This document shows positions 59,647-64,000 of a DNA stretch of 64,000 nucleotides, one piece after another. The position numbers and the translations under genes were made by a program. The notes beneath the pieces were generated by a model. It was not told the origin of the DNA. It ran no database searches and was given only the letters and a program-made list of their open reading frames with translations. The DNA is from Vicingus serpentipes (GTDB lineage Bacteria > Bacteroidota > Bacteroidia > Flavobacteriales_E > Vicingaceae). The stretch covers positions 45,766 to 109,765 of the forward strand of contig JAGFIT010000074.1 of NCBI GenBank assembly GCA_024103385.1, in the 5' to 3' direction. Position 1 is the stretch's first letter. Each line of letters begins with the position of its first letter.

Positions 59647-62600
59647 CTTTTATATGTATATGGATATAAGGTTTTGATTGTTGTCGTTATCATAAATGAC
59701 GTTCGTATTAGTCTAGCACTATTAAGAACTTGTTGAGATGCCCCGCTTTGTATAATGGACGTCATCCCTTTTATTAAGGAATAATCAGCTGGTGTTACAT
59801 TTGTATTAAAGAGCACTCCCTTAATTCCATCTGCCCCTTTGTTAAAATAAGCTAAATCATGGTTAAACCCTCCAAAATTATCACCTAATCCATCTAATAT
59901 TCCTTTTTGTTTGTAAAAAAGAAATTCTTCTGGGGATATATTTTTTGGGCTATTTCCTGCATATTGAGCTGACCCTTTCTCTTTATTTAATACCTTATTT
60001 AATTTTGTGTCTGTTGCTTTATCATATATATTCTTAAGTTCTTCTTCGGAATAATTATTAGCGTTTCTATTCGCTGCTTTAAGTTTGTTTAAGCCTGTTA
60101 GAACATCAGAAAAATTTGCAGCAGCTCCCATACCATAAACAAAATTCTCAAATCCTGAATTTCCCTTTTCTAACAAGTACCCCCAATCATTTTGAGTAAA
60201 GTTATAAGAACCCACTCCAAATGAAACAGAAAAATTATGATTTCCAGTATAAGCACTAGTTCCTATGGATTGTATAGTTGATCCAGCAATTATCGCCATT
60301 GTATTTGCAAAAGGACCTCCAGCACTAGCTATTGCCGAACTAGCACCACCAGAAAGCCCTCCAACTACAGCCCCAGCAATCATAAACCCCCATGTTTTTT
60401 TAGAATGAAAATTCCAGTTTAATGGGTTAAAGCTACCATTAGCCGTAGTACCTCCTATGTATGCTCCTATGGCCGCACCAACAATAAGTGCTGTAACTAC
60501 AAACTCTCCATCAGGGTCAATACTACTTATCGGGTTATTCCCCATTGCCAAATAAGGAGAATAAAACTGGCTGGCAGGGTCGGTGGTGATCCAACGACCT
60601 AACCTAGCGTCCCATAAACGAGCTTCAAAATCATACAATCCGTTTTGGTCTAACTCTTTCCCCTGATAGCCATAGGTCAATAAGTTTACAGAACTAGTTA
60701 GGCTACGCCCAGGTAATATTCCTCCAAAAGGATAATAGTCGCCAGCACTAATTACTTGTAATGCCCCCGTATTTTCTCTAAAGGTTGCTCTTACATTACC
60801 CAAATGGTCATACAAATGGTAACGACTTGCCGAAGTAGAAGGATCATAAGACCCTAATTGGTTTAATCCATACAAATTATATTCTGTAACCGTTGTGCTA
60901 CCCACTACATCTTTATCATAAATACTTACCACTTGTCCTGATAAGTCTTGAACATAGTAAATTTCTTGAATAGGAGTAGTACCACCTGTTCCATTATAAA
61001 TTTCTTTCTTTATTCGTTTTCCTGCAGGATTGTATTTGAACTTTAAAAATAAATTCCCATTGAGCAATACCTCTTTAGCTAATCCACTTTGATAATAAGT
61101 ATAAGTCTTATTTTCTGAAGCATCTGCTGTTAATTCACCTATGGCATTATAAGTATAATTAGCTGCACTTTGAGTCTCTATATCTGAGGTGTAAGATGAA
61201 CTACTTACGCCATCTGTAACGTAAGTTAGCTGGTTATTCACTTTTACCACGTCTCCATCCTCTGATTGAGTGGTAGTAGTATAGTTATAAGTGAATTCAT
61301 CCATTCCTACACCAGTAGTGGTATTTCCATTTCTATCCAAAGCAGTAATATTTCCGTTTTTATCATAGGTGATGCCACTCACTTCAAATTGGCTATTGGC
61401 ATCTGCAACAAAACCTTCCCAATCACTCCCAACTACTTCGCTTTCATTTTGATTTCCAAAAGGCTCGTAAGTTCCAAATGTAGCTGATGCTAACCAATTA
61501 AAATCATTGTATTCGTATTGATAGACATTTTGTAATCCATAAGAAGTTAAGTTAGTAGATATAGAAGGGGCTTCTAAATTCCATCTTACTTGATTAATGG
61601 TACTTGTGAATTTTTCGTTGGTTCCTTCTCCGTAATTAATGTAAGTCCCTGTCCTTTTATAATCATCCACATGATAGTCGATGACCATGCCAAACACATC
61701 AGCAAATACCCCATTATTAGTAGGGCTATCAGCTCCTGGGTCTGAAAACACTCCATTTCCGGTAGCAATTCCTAAATTAGGGGAATTGATGGCCTTTAAT
61801 TTCCCTGTAACGGTATATACATAATCCACCCCTTGTAAATCATCACCTAACACCGTTCTTTTTAATGCTCCATGCTGATAATATTCGTAATTCGCCTGAA
61901 CATCATAATTGGTACCGTCTTCACTTGTTTCTACTTTAATGAGTTGTTGCTCTCCATTATAGGTGTTTTGATGTTCAAAGTATTCAGCATCGTCTTTTTG
62001 ATATATGGTTTTGGACACATTACCGGCTGCATCATATTCATAATGCATGGTCTTATATTCGTCCATATCAACTAGGTATTCTATCGTCCATATTACTCTT
62101 CCATACATATCGTAACTGTACCAAGTAATGCTATTGTCATTCCATACTTTAGATACTCTTCCCAACAAATAAGTTTGTTCATAAGTAGTGTAAGGTGATG
62201 TGTTAAATGGGTAATGCGAAGAAGATGAAACATCTGCTACATCATATAGGGTATATATTTGTTCTGAGCATCTTGCATCATCAATTCCATCCTCATCGTC
62301 CAACATACTCAACACAGAAACTTCTCCACCGCCCAAAGCAGGTTCTTCTTGGTAATTCTGAAATTGTAATGCTGCAGATTGACTGTAGTCATACACTCCT
62401 GTTTCTACCTCTCTTCCTGCTCTATCGTAGTTAACGTAGCTAAATATTTCATCTTGCTGCTGTTGTGCATTTTGCTGAAACCTGATTCTCCCTCGTGAAT
62501 CGTATACAAACTCAGTACTTCCTTTATCTGGTGTAGTTTCCTTTACTCGTTGGTCTAAAGCATCATACTCATAAGTATCTTCCATACCGTGGGAAATATT

Positions 62601-64000
62601 ATCGTTTGGCAAGGGTGCTGTGGTATGTGTCATATAAGTAAAGAAACGAAGGTACTTGGCAAATTGATGAGTTGGGTAAGAAGCATTGAAAGGTAAGAAA
62701 TAACCTGGAGATTGAGCTACCCATATGGATTTAATGTTGATTTCTATCCCTCCCGGATAATTGTTGAGTTCTTCATTATCAATGATAATATCAGGCAACC
62801 CTGCTAAAGAAGTTTGATCCCATAAATATTCACACTCACAGGTTTTGTAAAGTTTAGGATAAACAGCGTAAGTATAAGGAATCGTAGTTACACTTCCATC
62901 TGGATTCACATATCCTTTTCCTCCGCTGCCATTATCAATTAATATTTCTATATTAAAATTAAATGTTGCTACTAACTTCGGATCTACTCCATAACAAGGG
63001 TCTGGGGTCAATAAACAACTTCCACCTACATCAACTCCTGTTTCATCGCAATCCATAATTCCATTGCTACAATGACCATCATCCCCCCAAGGAATATCGC
63101 ATGGATCAGGAGGAGTATTCGTACTCGCTTCACTAATTATTCCTCCGTTATCTAAAACAACATTCCCATCTGTATCAACCAATACAAAAGAATTATCATT
63201 TTTAGGTTCTACCGGATAGTACCCTTCTGCTTCTATATCTTCGATGTAATCTTCATGATTGGTAATTATTGTTTGTAAATCCTGGTATTCTTCTATTAAA
63301 ATGGTTTTCTCATTTTTTAGTTTTGTTAATTCGATAACATTTCTACAAGCATTATTTACCCATGTAGGATCACTACTTTCTATACTGCCTGTGGTACCTA
63401 GCAGAGCATTTTCATCGGATACTATTTCTAGTACATTCTGACCACTCGCTTCATTCATTTCGCAATTGGCAATCAAGTAGGGAGTAGATGAGAGAAGGTA
63501 AGCATTAATATAGTTAGAGATTTGATCGTCTGTTCTAGCTATATTCCATACTCGAACATCAGAAATATTTCCTTTAAACGGATTTGAGTTGGTTTTTGAC
63601 AACCCTATTCTTAATGTTGACCCTGTAGTGATATCTGGAGAACCTGAGATAACCTTTGTCCCTAAAAGAAAACCATCTACATAAAATGAAAGCATAGTAT
63701 CTTCTCTAGTAATAGCGACATGATGACAAGTGCTGTCTAGAATAGTAGTATCAAGCGCTCCATTGTTTTCCAGATAATATTCCACCCCTTCCAATTGAAC
63801 TGCTAACATTTTGTATAGTGATGTGGTACCGGTGGTGTCTTTAAAGAAAAAAATGGCTCCTGTTGTATCCACCGTATTGTTACAAAATATAATTGGGTCA
63901 CTGCCAACACTATCTTCATCTGCTCTAATAGTTGCTTCAAAAGTAAAGTCCCCATCTTCAATGGTATCTATTATAGAGGGTGTTACATCAACTAGGTCAT
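59640..64000 (-). CDS. LamG-domain YD/RHS repeat polymorphic toxin (5' end beyond window) with 286-aa variable C-terminal domain
   Basis: The track 'start' at 63872 is an in-frame GTG. Hand translation stays open to position 64000 (..DFTFEATIRADEDSVGSDPIIFCNNTVDTTG..). LamG-like LSFYVDGF..ISDVRVWN. Many YD repeats (YEYDALDQR, YSYDMYGRV, YEYDAAGNV). RHS core end YGYQGKELDQNGLYDFEARLWDARLGRWITTDP..GNNPISSIDPDGEF at about 60501..60750. Confidence 0.9.
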   Translation of the reverse strand, partial: DLVDVTPSIIDTIEDGDFTFEATIRADEDSVGSDPIIFCNNTVDTTGAIFFFKDTTGTTSLYKMLAVQLEGVEYYLENNGALDTTILDSTCHHVAITREDTMLSFYVDGFLLGTKVISGSPDITTGSTLRIGLSKTNSNPFKGNISDVRVWNIARTDDQISNYINAYLLSSTPYLIANCEMNEASGQNVLEIVSDENALLGTTGSIESSDPTWVNNACRNVIELTKLKNEKTILIEEYQDLQTIITNHEDYIEDIEAEGYYPVEPKNDNSFVLVDTDGNVVLDNGGIISEASTNTPPDPCDIPWGDDGHCSNGIMDCDETGVDVGGSCLLTPDPCYGVDPKLVATFNFNIEILIDNGSGGKGYVNPDGSVTTIPYTYAVYPKLYKTCECEYLWDQTSLAGLPDIIIDNEELNNYPGGIEINIKSIWVAQSPGYFLPFNASYPTHQFAKYLRFFTYMTHTTAPLPNDNISHGMEDTYEYDALDQRVKETTPDKGSTEFVYDSRGRIRFQQNAQQQQDEIFSYVNYDRAGREVETGVYDYSQSAALQFQNYQEEPALGGGEVSVLSMLDDEDGIDDARCSEQIYTLYDVADVSSSSHYPFNTSPYTTYEQTYLLGRVSKVWNDNSITWYSYDMYGRVIWTIEYLVDMDEYKTMHYEYDAAGNVSKTIYQKDDAEYFEHQNTYNGEQQLIKVETSEDGTNYDVQANYEYYQHGALKRTVLGDDLQGVDYVYTVTGKLKAINSPNLGIATGNGVFSDPGADSPTNNGVFADVFGMVIDYHVDDYKRTGTYINYGEGTNEKFTSTINQVRWNLEAPSISTNLTSYGLQNVYQYEYNDFNWLASATFGTYEPFGNQNESEVVGSDWEGFVADANSQFEVSGITYDKNGNITALDRNGNTTTGVGMDEFTYNYTTTTQSEDGDVVKVNNQLTYVTDGVSSSSYTSDIETQSAANYTYNAIGELTADASENKTYTYYQSGLAKEVLLNGNLFLKFKYNPAGKRIKKEIYNGTGGTTPIQEIYYVQDLSGQVVSIYDKDVVGSTTVTEYNLYGLNQLGSYDPSTSASRYHLYDHLGNVRATFRENTGALQVISAGDYYPFGGILPGRSLTSSVNLLTYGYQGKELDQNGLYDFEARLWDARLGRWITTDPASQFYSPYLAMGNNPISSIDPDGEFVVTALIVGAAIGAYIGGTTANGSFNPLNWNFHSKKTWGFMIAGAVVGGLSGGASSAIASAGGPFANTMAIIAGSTIQSIGTSAYTGNHNFSVSFGVGSYNFTQNDWGYLLEKGNSGFENFVYGMGAAANFSDVLTGLNKLKAANRNANNYSEEELKNIYDKATDTKLNKVLNKEKGSAQYAGNSPKNISPEEFLFYKQKGILDGLGDNFGGFNHDLAYFNKGADGIKGVLFNTNVTPADYSLIKGMTSIIQSGASQQVLNSARLIRTSFMITTTIKTLYPYTYKRW

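Noticed and set aside
51778-64000. Complete ABC-type Tc toxin complex.
   Set aside because: No TcA-like (>2000 aa pore/translocator) gene is present in the window. The gene order is not tcB-tcC, and the SpvB-like protein lacks recognisable FG-GAP mid domains by eye. I therefore describe it only as Tc/RHS-like.
1-64000. CRISPR arrays, tRNA/rRNA genes, transposases, integrases and prophage genes.
   Set aside because: I saw no regularly spaced direct repeats, no cloverleaf-compatible GC-rich 70-90-nt islands in the intergenic regions, and no DDE, tyrosine or serine recombinase motifs in any ORF.

Overview
AT-rich Bacteroidota (Flavobacteriia-like) chromosomal segment. All calls were made by eye from the sequence and ORF track, with no database search. 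Domain boundaries are approximate.

Positions 1-49.4 kb are mostly housekeeping genes: murF, recJ, dxs, rsmI, nrdJ, purL, alaS, pheT, msrB, dps and a MacAB-type ABC efflux set. Interspersed with them are:
- gliding/type IX secretion (T9SS) genes: a porU-like 5' part, a PorP/SprF paralogue and gldJ;
- several T9SS cargo proteins;
- cell-wall hydrolases;
- three paralogous ECF sigma / membrane-anchored partner pairs.

I saw no rRNA, tRNA, CRISPR array, transposase or integrase.

The clearly accessory part is 51.8-64.0 kb. It is a tightly packed, co-directional minus-strand gene string in this order:
- a large LamG + YD/RHS polymorphic toxin, whose 5' end lies beyond the window, with a 286-aa C-terminal domain after the DPDGEF core end;
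- a translationally coupled lipoprotein, the candidate immunity protein;
- two small proteins;
- a T9SS C-terminal-domain (CTD) cargo protein;
- a 1360-aa secreted protein with an SpvB/TcB-like N-terminus and a YD-like C-terminus.
This is my best candidate for an undescribed system: a Tc/RHS-like toxin module in a T9SS organism, with no TcA component.

Other points worth a second look:
- an in-frame insertion of about 100 aa in alaS;
- nested palindromic repeat elements that reach into the purL stop region, with 66-bp direct copies bracketing one sigma/partner cassette;
- an ECF-linked membrane protein carrying a PKD domain and a T9SS type-B CTD;
- triple TTGACAA boxes in front of an XRE regulator;
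- a DUF5522-type small ORF missing from the ORF track;
- twin 18-bp palindromes upstream of dps.
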